This document shows positions 19,973-28,590 of a stretch of DNA of 64,000 nucleotides, in pieces. The first letter of the stretch is position 1, and each line of letters begins with the position of its first letter. The translations under genes and the position numbers were made by a program. This DNA is from a virus. The notes beneath the pieces are model-generated. The model saw only the letters and a program-made list of their open reading frames with translations, did not search any database and had not been told where the DNA came from. Location: the IMG/VR virus record IMGVR_UViG_3300021963_009201, positions 64,001-128,000 of that record; one strand, 5' to 3'.

Positions 19973-20310
19973 TGGGCGCAGAAGACGATTTTGATTCTAA
20001 ATTTGAAGAAATAATAAGTCAGGAAAATTTTGAAGAAGCTGATTTTCAAAAAATTGCAGTTTCTGAGATTTCGGATACCTTGGCTAGTATCAGTTTCTTG
20101 TGCGCCCAATTGTCTAATCTTCTGAACGAGTCTTTAAAGACGGCAGAGATAGAAATCAGTGCATCGTTTATGGAAATTCTAAAAGAAGTAAAAGATGCAT
20201 CAGAAAAATTTAATGAAGAAATTTTAATTGAAATAGAATTTGGCGATACTGATGAAGATAATGAAGATGAAGAAGAAGAAGAGTCAGACGATCGAGACGA
20301 ACCATGTTGA
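19972..20310 (+). CDS. small highly acidic protein (112 aa)
   Basis: Start moved from the ORF-track 19804 (which overlaps nrdJ) to ATG 19972, MGAEDDFDSKF...; by hand count 38 D/E vs 7 K/R. Confidence 0.7.
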   Translation: MGAEDDFDSKFEEIISQENFEEADFQKIAVSEISDTLASISFLCAQLSNLLNESLKTAEIEISASFMEILKEVKDASEKFNEEILIEIEFGDTDEDNEDEEEEESDDRDEPC

Positions 20311-20995
20311 TCTATTAAGCAATGGTTATGTCCGATTGGTCGATAGTATGGGCTCCGACTTGTCGGTAGTAAATGCGGCAAGGGCATCATATGCTAAAGA
20401 GAGTTTTGAGATAGATGAAAATGATAAGAGGCTTATCAGGTTCTTAGCTAGAGAAGGGCATTGGTCTCCCTTTAGGCATGCATTTCTTACTTTTGAGTTT
20501 AAGGCCCCGTTAATGGTCGCTAGGCAGCATTGGAAGTATGTTGTAGGTTCGGATCACACGATGGACTCATGGAATGAGTCTAGCAGGAGATATATTACGA
20601 GTGATCCTGATTTTTATATACCTGGAGTAGAGCAGTGGCGTTTAGCTCCGGAAAATTCTAAGCAGGGATCTGGAGATTTTATCGACTCGGAATCAGGTCT
20701 CATGTTGACATCTAAATTGTTAGAGACCATAGACTACTGCATGGCTAATTATGAGATGGCACTAAATGACATTAATATAGCCCCTGAACAAGCTAGGCTT
20801 TTCCTGCCCGCCTATGGTATGAATGTATTGTATCGTTGGTCTTGCAGTCTCCAATCTGTAGGTTTATTTTTGAAACAAAGACAGCATGATACGGCACAGC
20901 ATGAGATCAGTGTTTACGCAAACGCTGTTTATGATTTAGTCAAGCCAATTTTTCCGGTATCTATTGACTCTATTATGGAGTTTTATGATGCATGA
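20261..20995 (+). CDS. thyX: flavin-dependent thymidylate synthase
   Basis: GYVRLVDSMGSD, VVNAARASY, HWSPFRH, APLMVARQ, WNESSRRY, APEQAR, AQHEI. Exact start uncertain (20240/20261/20267). Confidence 0.92.
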   Translation: MKMKKKKSQTIETNHVDLLSNGYVRLVDSMGSDLSVVNAARASYAKESFEIDENDKRLIRFLAREGHWSPFRHAFLTFEFKAPLMVARQHWKYVVGSDHTMDSWNESSRRYITSDPDFYIPGVEQWRLAPENSKQGSGDFIDSESGLMLTSKLLETIDYCMANYEMALNDINIAPEQARLFLPAYGMNVLYRWSCSLQSVGLFLKQRQHDTAQHEISVYANAVYDLVKPIFPVSIDSIMEFYDA

Positions 20996-21158
20996 GTTAA
21001 TAGGGCTACTGCTCTACGCTTTCTTTGCTAGTTGGGCTATATTGATTGTGGTAAATCTAAAGGATTTGGCTATTACGAATTTAGCTCGGACTTTAGTTGC
21101 CTTAACCGCTTTTAGTCTTATGTATTTATCTGGAGTTTTTTTATATGTCTTTATTTAG
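20988..21158 (+). CDS. small two-helix membrane protein
   Basis: Almost wholly hydrophobic ORF; GGAG RBS before ATG 20988. Confidence 0.55.
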   Translation: MHELIGLLLYAFFASWAILIVVNLKDLAITNLARTLVALTAFSLMYLSGVFLYVFI

Positions 21159-21615
21159 CCGTAAAGATTTACAGTTTTTAAAGCTGTGCACTGAGGGAGC
21201 CTTAATCTTTTCTACTTGCGGCAAAAAGCAGTATATGGCTATTTTAACCGATGAGGATTATATGGTTTTAGGTATGGGCTATAATGGTGGTCCGCCTAAG
21301 TCTCAGCATTGCGTTGATGGTGGTTGCGAAAGGTTTAGCCAAAATTCGCAGAATGGCTCTATATATGACAACTGCATAGCTGTTCACGCGGAGCAAAACG
21401 CACTTTTGCATTCGGATCACAGCTCTAAACCGACTAGGCTTTTCGTGAATGGTCCACCATGTTTCACGTGTGCTAAACTTATAGTGAATAGCAGTGTAAA
21501 AACAGTATTTTATATACGAGATGAAGACTATAAGGATTGGCCAAAAGTAGCAAGGTTTATGAAGTCTAATGGAGTAGAAGTATTGGGGTTTGCAAATGCC
21601 AGCACAAAAAATTAA
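21145..21615 (+). CDS. dCMP deaminase
   Basis: STCGKKQ, GMGYNGGP, HAEQNAL and PCFTCAK zinc motifs. Confidence 0.9.
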   Translation: MSLFSRKDLQFLKLCTEGALIFSTCGKKQYMAILTDEDYMVLGMGYNGGPPKSQHCVDGGCERFSQNSQNGSIYDNCIAVHAEQNALLHSDHSSKPTRLFVNGPPCFTCAKLIVNSSVKTVFYIRDEDYKDWPKVARFMKSNGVEVLGFANASTKN

Positions 21616-21844
21616 TTACCTAGTTTTGTACCCTCACGATGCCCAAGTGTATGGCTGTTCAAGTAAAGAGATAGCTCTGCAATCACCGCCACCTGAAGGT
21701 TTTTCTATTGATGAAAAAATGGTTTTTTTTATTAGTATGGAGCCAGAAAATGGTAATCTAGTTTGGTACAAGATACCAAAAAATGAAGTTGTAAACGCAG
21801 AAATAGTTTACCCAAAATCAATGCAAAAGAAAAAGAAAGAATAG
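21596..21844 (+). CDS. hypothetical protein
   Basis: ORF coupled within the operon. Confidence 0.6.
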   Translation: MPAQKINYLVLYPHDAQVYGCSSKEIALQSPPPEGFSIDEKMVFFISMEPENGNLVWYKIPKNEVVNAEIVYPKSMQKKKKE

Positions 21845-21845
21845 C

Positions 21846-22073
21846 ATGTCTGCACAAAAAATAAAGGTAAGTCTAGAACCGGGTCAGTCGTATGTTGTTG
21901 CTGATACGGTTATTTGGGAAGACTTGTCTTACACCATAAGGCAAATTGCCGATCAATGGGAAGATGGATCTGAAGAAAAATCACTCTGGTTAGAATATCT
22001 CAATTATTTTGAGTCACAGTATAAAGCTAATCTTCTGTCTGAGCGTTTCGAAGAAGAAGACGGTTGGAAATAG
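21846..22073 (+). CDS. hypothetical acidic protein
   Basis: ORF coupled within the operon. Confidence 0.6.
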   Translation: MSAQKIKVSLEPGQSYVVADTVIWEDLSYTIRQIADQWEDGSEEKSLWLEYLNYFESQYKANLLSERFEEEDGWK

Positions 22074-22080
22074 GTGTTAA

Positions 22081-22908
22081 ATGATTGATCTTTGTGTAGT
22101 TTCTTACAATACAAAAGATAAGCTACAGAGATTGGTGGAAACCTTAGCCAGCGATTATAAGCCTGGACAGCTTAGTCTTTATGTGCTAGACAATAACTCT
22201 TCTGACGGAAGCGCTGAATACCTTGCGGATGTAGTAAGGCCTATGAACTGGCCAGGAGAAATTATTCTAAGCTCTTTTAATTATGGCTACGCTTTTGCTT
22301 GTAACCTTTTGGCTTCTCGTGGCAGTGGCAATATTGTTGGATTACTTAACGCTGACGTCTGGATGCGAACCCAAGATGTTGCGACAATTGAGAGTAGAAT
22401 GTACGAACTAGATGCGGAGGTCTACGGGCCAAAACAAAGAGACGAGTTTGGAAGAGTCACACATGCCGGAATATTTGGCACCAACTCTCAGCCCCAGCAT
22501 CGTGGCTGGAAGATACATGATCCAGCAGACAGACTTTTCCGCGATACCTTAGACGCTGTAACCGTATCGGGATCTGCATATTTTGTTAAAAAAACAGTTT
22601 GGGAAAACTTAACTTACGATCCTGAGTATATTAACCTGCTGGGCCACTTAGTTGGGACAGGATCTATACCTCTCTGGTCTGTTGCTTCTGACGGAGCTTT
22701 CCTCCCAACTCCACACTACTATGAAGAAACATGGTGTTCGTACTATGCTAGGCATAGAGGGCATAGAGTGGTGTATGATGGATACGTCTCAATAGGTCAT
22801 AGCTGGCATGCTTCCTCTGATGTTGGTGGAGAACCAGACTCGAAGTTTAAGGTTAGTCAATCTATCTTCAGGGAAGCATGTGACTTTATGGGGATAGACC
22901 ATGATTGA
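22081..22908 (+). CDS. glycosyltransferase family 2 (WbbL/rhamnosyltransferase-like)
   Basis: LCVVSYN, VLDNNSSDGS, NYGYAFACN, LLNADV, VSGSAYFV, YYEETWCS, IGHSWHAS. Confidence 0.88.
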   Translation: MIDLCVVSYNTKDKLQRLVETLASDYKPGQLSLYVLDNNSSDGSAEYLADVVRPMNWPGEIILSSFNYGYAFACNLLASRGSGNIVGLLNADVWMRTQDVATIESRMYELDAEVYGPKQRDEFGRVTHAGIFGTNSQPQHRGWKIHDPADRLFRDTLDAVTVSGSAYFVKKTVWENLTYDPEYINLLGHLVGTGSIPLWSVASDGAFLPTPHYYEETWCSYYARHRGHRVVYDGYVSIGHSWHASSDVGGEPDSKFKVSQSIFREACDFMGIDHD

Positions 22909-23215
22909 TACGATTAGCTTACTCAACTCTTATTATAAGGTTGTCCAACAAAGAGGCATACTTCAGGATGTTAATAAAGAAATTAAGCGGCGAGACGAAA
23001 AATGGGGCGAACAAAAGCATGACCTTTCCGATTGGATGACTATTCTTGGGAGAGAGTTTGGAGAAGCCTGTAAAGAGGTAAGCGAAACAAAAATGGCAAA
23101 AGGGTTAACAGAAATGGCTCAAGCTATGGATAGACTTGACGGAGAATTGGTACAGGTAGTTGCCGTTTGTTTCTGTATCTTAGAAAAAATAAGGAATAAA
23201 AATGTTAATAGCTAA
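22901..23215 (+). CDS. MazG-like NTP pyrophosphohydrolase
   Basis: KWGEQKH...WMTILGREFGEACKE...ELVQVVAV pattern. Confidence 0.65.
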   Translation: MIDTISLLNSYYKVVQQRGILQDVNKEIKRRDEKWGEQKHDLSDWMTILGREFGEACKEVSETKMAKGLTEMAQAMDRLDGELVQVVAVCFCILEKIRNKNVNS

Positions 23216-23897
23216 TATGGTAGGAAGAAATGAAGGCTCTAGGTACTTAGAAAATGTTTTACAACATTTAAGCAATATTGTAGACCTTATTGTCTTTACG
23301 GACGACTGCTCTGAAGATAATACGGTGGAAATAGCTTCGCACTACGCAAAAGTTTTTTCTACTAATAAACCTTTATTCTCTTCTAATGAAGGAGAATTAA
23401 GAAGCTTTGCGTGGTCAAATCTGTGCCAGTACGCTCAGTCTAATCGCGACTGGATTTTAGCTATTGATTGTGACGAAAAGCTTTGGTCTACAAGCCCAGA
23501 GTTTGATATGAACTCACTCCTCAATCAAGACAGGTTTGATGTTATTAATATAAAGTTTTTCCATATGTGGAATGAAACTCAGTATCGTGTGGACAAGTTG
23601 TGGGCACCAAATAACAGTTCAAGACTATTTAGATTTTATGATGGGGGCGTTTTTTCTGACAGGAAATTAGCATGCGGTTCTGAGCCTACGTATGTCAACG
23701 AGATGATTAGGCGTGGTAAATACTATAAGGATAGTTCACTTGTCATGCAGCATCTTGGGTATGTGCGCGACGAAGATAAAACCGCAAAATACGCAAGATA
23801 CATGGAACTAGACGGTGGGGATTTCCATCAAAAAAGCCATATCGAATCTATTATAGACCCAGAACCAACACTCTTGGACTGGAAAATCTATGCCTGA
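23202..23897 (+). CDS. glycosyltransferase family 2
   Basis: MVGRNEGSRYL, FTDDCSED, WILAIDCDE, MQHLGY. Confidence 0.88.
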   Translation: MLIANMVGRNEGSRYLENVLQHLSNIVDLIVFTDDCSEDNTVEIASHYAKVFSTNKPLFSSNEGELRSFAWSNLCQYAQSNRDWILAIDCDEKLWSTSPEFDMNSLLNQDRFDVINIKFFHMWNETQYRVDKLWAPNNSSRLFRFYDGGVFSDRKLACGSEPTYVNEMIRRGKYYKDSSLVMQHLGYVRDEDKTAKYARYMELDGGDFHQKSHIESIIDPEPTLLDWKIYA

Positions 23898-24567
23898 AGT
23901 TAGCGTTATATTGACCGTCTACAAATCGCAATGGCTAAAAGAGTGTATTGACTCCGTTTTGAATCAATCTTATGAAGATTGGGAATTAATCATCCTGGAA
24001 GACAACTCTCCTGATCCAAATGTTAAAGAGATACTAAAGACATATAGCTCTCACTCCCGGGTTAAGATATTCTATTCTAACATAAGCGAAGAGGATAGGT
24101 ACAAGACCGCCCGCTACGCAACACTGATTAACTATGGCGTTAGACAGATGTCTAGTGGTAAGTATATAACCTACTTAAATGATGACGACTTCTATTATCC
24201 AGATAGACTCCAGAAGATGGTCGATAAGCTTTATGAAGAAAATGTTTATATAGTTTACGGAAATCAACAAGTAGTCGATGCAAGTGGGAATAATGCTGGC
24301 GTTAGAGGGGTTCTTGGCGTTATTGATAATGCTTGGGATAAAGTAGACCACAATTCAGTCATGCATTACAGGTCAATCTTTGACGAAGTCGACGGGTGGG
24401 AAGATTCCGCTACTGTTTGGGGTGGGGCTGATTCTTATTTCTGGAGAAAGATGACAGAAGCTGGCTATTTATTCCACCCCATAGAAGGCGATCCGCTTGA
24501 TGCCAAGAGGTATCATGAAGATGCTGTTCAGTGGAAAATCAGTTATAATGTATTTTTCCCAGAATAA
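23890..24567 (+). CDS. glycosyltransferase family 2 (SpsA-like)
   Basis: VSVILTVY, CIDSVLNQSYEDWELIILED, YITYLNDDDFYYPDRL, DHNSVMH. Confidence 0.9.
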   Translation: MPEVSVILTVYKSQWLKECIDSVLNQSYEDWELIILEDNSPDPNVKEILKTYSSHSRVKIFYSNISEEDRYKTARYATLINYGVRQMSSGKYITYLNDDDFYYPDRLQKMVDKLYEENVYIVYGNQQVVDASGNNAGVRGVLGVIDNAWDKVDHNSVMHYRSIFDEVDGWEDSATVWGGADSYFWRKMTEAGYLFHPIEGDPLDAKRYHEDAVQWKISYNVFFPE

Positions 24568-24578
24568 AAGGAGCCTCA

Positions 24579-25211
24579 GTGAAGGAAGACGAGTACTGGA
24601 AAAAGGAAGCAGTTTTAAAAGATTTATTATTTGACTCCAACCTTCCTTTGACGGACATAGCTCACCAGCTTTATATGACAAGGCCTGAGCTGAACACATT
24701 ACTGAAAAAAACTGGCTTATCATGGGTAAAGAGAAATAACAGAAAACTTTCCCGGGGCCACTCCGCACTGACCCAAATTATGCAGAGGATCCTGCCAAAC
24801 GAAGAGATAGTCAATGAATTCCATATCGGCGAAAGACTTCGCTTAGATATATACTGTCCCTCCTATAATCTTGCAGCCGAGTATCATGGTAGGCAGCATT
24901 TTTTTTACTCTAGCCATTTTCATCAGGATATGGATGCCTTTCATGAGTCGGTAGAGCGTGACCGGAGAAAAGAAGAATTATGCCGTGAATCTGGAATAGC
25001 TCTTGTTGTTTTCCGTTTTTCTGATAAGATGGACGAAGAAGCAGTATTCCGAAGGATGTTGGAGGCAATAAAGTCTACTCCAAAAGTTGAAACCATCAAA
25101 AGTAAAAGAACCTATAAGGGCAATCATTACTATGAGAAGGTTAAAAAGCAAAATAAAGACTACCGAAAAGCAAAGTACAGAGAGTTAAAGAGAAAAAATG
25201 GATCTAAGTGA
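24579..25211 (+). CDS. HTH + DUF559/Vsr-like endonuclease domain protein
   Basis: N-terminal HTH (LTDIAHQLYMTRPEL), then RLDIYCP...AAEYHGRQH...RDRRKEELC. Confidence 0.7.
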   Translation: MKEDEYWKKEAVLKDLLFDSNLPLTDIAHQLYMTRPELNTLLKKTGLSWVKRNNRKLSRGHSALTQIMQRILPNEEIVNEFHIGERLRLDIYCPSYNLAAEYHGRQHFFYSSHFHQDMDAFHESVERDRRKEELCRESGIALVVFRFSDKMDEEAVFRRMLEAIKSTPKVETIKSKRTYKGNHYYEKVKKQNKDYRKAKYRELKRKNGSK

Positions 25212-26655
25212 AGAGCTTGCGTACCCTTTAGAGTATCAAGTTTTTGCCCTTGCTATGAAAGAGCCAGGGGCTATAAGTTACTTTGTTGAGCATCTGCAGG
25301 ATGAGGCGGTCGGACTGTTAAGTGGCGATACAGGGCTGTATGAGCTCTATATTGCATTCAAGGATTTTCATACGAAAACCAACCTTGACCCAGTAGACCC
25401 TATAGCTTTTAGGGCATGGCTAGAATCGGAGTCCGATATATGGGATGCACTTGGCGGCATTGCTGGAGTAAATTTACTTATAGAATCTATATTGACTATA
25501 GAGCTATCTAATGTAGAATCTATAACTAAGATACTCAAACATCGGGCCAATAAACGTAGGCAAAAAAATCTTTTTCAAGATCTTCAGTTCCTTTTGAATA
25601 AAAAAGGCAATAAAACAGAAGAAGAAATAGATAAGATAAATACATTAACAGAACAAATTAGGTCTCTAGAAGGAGACCTAGATTACGACCCACTAGACCG
25701 GGTGACTACGGCGCCCGATATAGCATCGCGTGCGTCGATGTTGATGGAAGTTCCAGACTTTTTGCCCACCCCATTTAAAATGTACAATAAAGCCCTAGGG
25801 TATACAGAGGATGGTGGATATTTCCGAGGTGCTGTACATGCGATAGTCGCAATGTCTGGTTTTGGTAAGTCCACGTTTGCTAAAACATTAGTCAACTATT
25901 GGGTCGATCAAGGCTATAGTGCTTTATACATAAACTTTGAAGAAGCACAAACCCACTGGGAGCGAGTACTGATGAGTCAAATACTAGACGAAAACGTATA
26001 CGCTAACGCCGATCATTGGGATGAAGAAGAAAGAAAAGAACGTATTGCTAGGTTTACTGAAAAAATGAACGAATGGGGCGATAGGTTTATGGTACGCCAT
26101 GATCCTGATAGCTCATATTTTGACGACCTAGAATTGTGGCTCAAAGACATCATGGGCCATAATGAGCGAATGCCTGACGTAGTTGTCATCGACACTTTGC
26201 AGTCAATGTATACGAAGGGCGGTGGCGGAGCTAGGTGGCAGGAGTTTGAAAGGATGATGGTAAGGCTAGAGCGCCTGGCTAAAGCTATGAATGCGGTTTT
26301 TATAGTTACAAGTCAGCAAAACAGTAATGCCATTAAAGAAAAGCGTGATGTAATTGAGCAATCTGATATTGGCGGATCTTTAGCTATCATCCAGAAATCA
26401 TCTGTAGTTACTTTTATTACCCAGAAAAAATTGATAAGCAACGACGATTCAGAGGACGATTATCTGATGCAATTACAAATACCTAAGAATAGGATAACCG
26501 GTTCAACATTTAATTATGATCCGCCGTTAGTTAGGTACGATGACAACAGTAAATCTTATAAGGATTTCGAAATGAACTTTAACGATATGCCAAATTATGA
26601 TGCCTCCGGGGTTTTGGCTACGGAGATTTTTGGCCTTGGTGACATACATGCCTGA
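25198..26655 (+). CDS. dnaB: DnaB-like replicative helicase
   Basis: Walker A AMSGFGKST, YINFEE, Walker B VVVIDTLQ, TSQQN, SDIGGS, PKNR. Confidence 0.85.
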   Translation: MDLSEELAYPLEYQVFALAMKEPGAISYFVEHLQDEAVGLLSGDTGLYELYIAFKDFHTKTNLDPVDPIAFRAWLESESDIWDALGGIAGVNLLIESILTIELSNVESITKILKHRANKRRQKNLFQDLQFLLNKKGNKTEEEIDKINTLTEQIRSLEGDLDYDPLDRVTTAPDIASRASMLMEVPDFLPTPFKMYNKALGYTEDGGYFRGAVHAIVAMSGFGKSTFAKTLVNYWVDQGYSALYINFEEAQTHWERVLMSQILDENVYANADHWDEEERKERIARFTEKMNEWGDRFMVRHDPDSSYFDDLELWLKDIMGHNERMPDVVVIDTLQSMYTKGGGGARWQEFERMMVRLERLAKAMNAVFIVTSQQNSNAIKEKRDVIEQSDIGGSLAIIQKSSVVTFITQKKLISNDDSEDDYLMQLQIPKNRITGSTFNYDPPLVRYDDNSKSYKDFEMNFNDMPNYDASGVLATEIFGLGDIHA

Positions 26656-27454
26656 ATTTGAGTTATTTGAATTAGACGCAAATTCTATTAAAGATTTTCA
26701 AACATGTGCCTTACTGTACAGGTATAGACATGTAGATAAAATGTACGAGTCTATTGGGTCACGTGATTTAATGTCAATCAAATATGAAAACACGCTTAAA
26801 AAACTTATTGCATTTTTCTTCTATAAGAAACAAGGAGGTATTGTTCCTTCTGTTTCTGCACTATTAAATAGGTGGGAGAAACTATGGTTCCCAAAGGATA
26901 TGTCGGCATACGATATAGCTGTCGAAAAGCATGAGTCACTTTGGGGTAATGTTTCTAGTATGAACACAAAAGCTGTAAGCTGTATAATGAAGTTTTATGA
27001 AGATTTCTCTTTAGATAATAGGGACCCAATCGTTATTAACGAGGGCTTCACTACGGCACTGGATAGAGAGATTAGATTAAATGGAGTTTTCGATGTAGTT
27101 CTTAGGGATCCTAAGACTCGCGACATATCGGTAATCAAATGGCTGTCTAGTCCAAAACGCGCCAATCTAAGCGGTCTTTCTATTGACTTCTCTATCCTCA
27201 GGTATGCTTTTGAAACAAAGAATAAAAACTTAAAAGGCCTTGTTAATTATTATGCGTACGACATTGGCTCGGATAAGAATGAATTTATCCAGATTGACGT
27301 AAAAGATGAAGATATTAACAACCTAAAATACTGGGCAAGGCAGGTAGATAAAACGGAAATATTTGCACCAAGACGCGGTTTGACGAGCTATTGCAAAAAA
27401 TGCCCGTTTGATGATCCCTGTAAAAAGTTCAGTATTACAAGCGAAATGATGTAA
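26648..27454 (+). CDS. PD-(D/E)XK (RecB/Cas4-like) fold protein, catalytic motif degenerate
   Basis: IKDFQTC...YRY, GVFDVV, C-terminal CKKCPFDDPC; DYK replaced by IKW. Start taken at ATG 26648. Confidence 0.7.
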   Translation: MPEFELFELDANSIKDFQTCALLYRYRHVDKMYESIGSRDLMSIKYENTLKKLIAFFFYKKQGGIVPSVSALLNRWEKLWFPKDMSAYDIAVEKHESLWGNVSSMNTKAVSCIMKFYEDFSLDNRDPIVINEGFTTALDREIRLNGVFDVVLRDPKTRDISVIKWLSSPKRANLSGLSIDFSILRYAFETKNKNLKGLVNYYAYDIGSDKNEFIQIDVKDEDINNLKYWARQVDKTEIFAPRRGLTSYCKKCPFDDPCKKFSITSEMM

Positions 27455-27455
27455 G

Positions 27456-27596
27456 ATGGCAAATATAGGTTGTATTTTTGACGAAGAAACATCTGGTAAG
27501 CTCATGAGCTTATTAAGCTATTCAAAAAAAGATGTAAATGAGTTTTTGTCAGAGGCTATTAAATTAATGTACAAGGTAATTCACGGTAATGAGTGA
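27456..27596 (+). CDS. small hypothetical protein (46 aa, possibly ribbon-helix-helix)
   Basis: Translated by hand: MANIGCIFDEETSGKLMSLLSYSKKDVNEFLSEAIKLMYKVIHGNE; fills the gap exactly. Confidence 0.5.
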   Translation: MANIGCIFDEETSGKLMSLLSYSKKDVNEFLSEAIKLMYKVIHGNE

Positions 27597-28260
27597 AAAA
27601 AAAGATATCTTAAATAAAATTATCGAATCTTCTAATACATCATTGACAGATAAAGAAATTGAAGATTCTATATTAGAGCCACTTCTTGCGGAGATAGAGC
27701 TAATAAGAGATCATTCAATAAGTTCTTTTGTTAGGTCGATGCTGTTAAGGGCTGACGAGTTTTGGAAGATACCTGGAAGTTTTGCCAGCGTATACCATCC
27801 GCCGGATGAAGATAATGATTTTGGGAATATTCTACATACAAAAAGGGTAGTAAGGGCGGCACTCATAATGTGCGCTAATCTTGTTTATTCTAACACTGAG
27901 ACGGATATAGTCATAGCAGCGTGCCTCTTACATGACTTAACAAAGGGTGTTACAGCTGAAAACAGCAAATTTGATTACGATGAGTTCCACGCTTATACTA
28001 TAGATAATTTTTATAATAGCGTCAAAAGGCAAGATCTTTTGAATTCCGAAACTCAATCAACAGTTCTCCATCTAGATGATCAAACTGTTGGTAAAATCTT
28101 GAGATTGGTCCACTGCCACGAAGGTGTAGATTCGAAGATACCGGAGACAAGGCCATTGGTGGAAGAAGAAATGATCGTGGCAAATGCAAATTCTATCGCT
28201 TCTCGACTCCACTGGATTGTTGATGGAGATTCTATTATTATGGATAGATGGCTGCTATAA
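27589..28260 (+). CDS. HD-domain phosphohydrolase
   Basis: YHPPD...ILHTKRVV, ACLLHDLTKG, HCHEG. Confidence 0.8.
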   Translation: MSEKKDILNKIIESSNTSLTDKEIEDSILEPLLAEIELIRDHSISSFVRSMLLRADEFWKIPGSFASVYHPPDEDNDFGNILHTKRVVRAALIMCANLVYSNTETDIVIAACLLHDLTKGVTAENSKFDYDEFHAYTIDNFYNSVKRQDLLNSETQSTVLHLDDQTVGKILRLVHCHEGVDSKIPETRPLVEEEMIVANANSIASRLHWIVDGDSIIMDRWLL

Positions 28261-28439
28261 AGAGTAAAGAATGGTATTCCGGCATAACGTGCAAATGTTC
28301 CGGAAGAATTAATGCGTATAGCTTAACATATAATGAGAGTAGATCTTTTTATTATTTTAAGTGCAAAAAATGTGGAATTAATGGAAAATGGGTAGATCTA
28401 GCTAGAGGGTATTTTGAGTATAGAAAACATTCGTCTTGA
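28248..28439 (+). CDS. small zinc-ribbon protein
   Basis: CKC and CKKC pairs; coupled ORF. Confidence 0.5.
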   Translation: MAAIKSKEWYSGITCKCSGRINAYSLTYNESRSFYYFKCKKCGINGKWVDLARGYFEYRKHSS

Positions 28440-28590
28440 AAAAAGAAATTGGCTTATCAATAATTTCCAATTGATTTTTAACCAAGGAACATACTACCGT
28501 TCCCATAAGGATATGTTTCAATTGAAGAAATGTCACTTGTGGAATATAAGTGAAGAAGAAGGCACGGTAATCATTCATGAGGCTTCCTGA
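28414..28590 (+). CDS. small hypothetical protein (58 aa)
   Basis: TTG start after GAGGG; hand-translated MSIENIRLEKRNWLINNFQLIF...IHEAS; overlaps the primase start. Confidence 0.45.
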   Translation: MSIENIRLEKRNWLINNFQLIFNQGTYYRSHKDMFQLKKCHLWNISEEEGTVIIHEAS

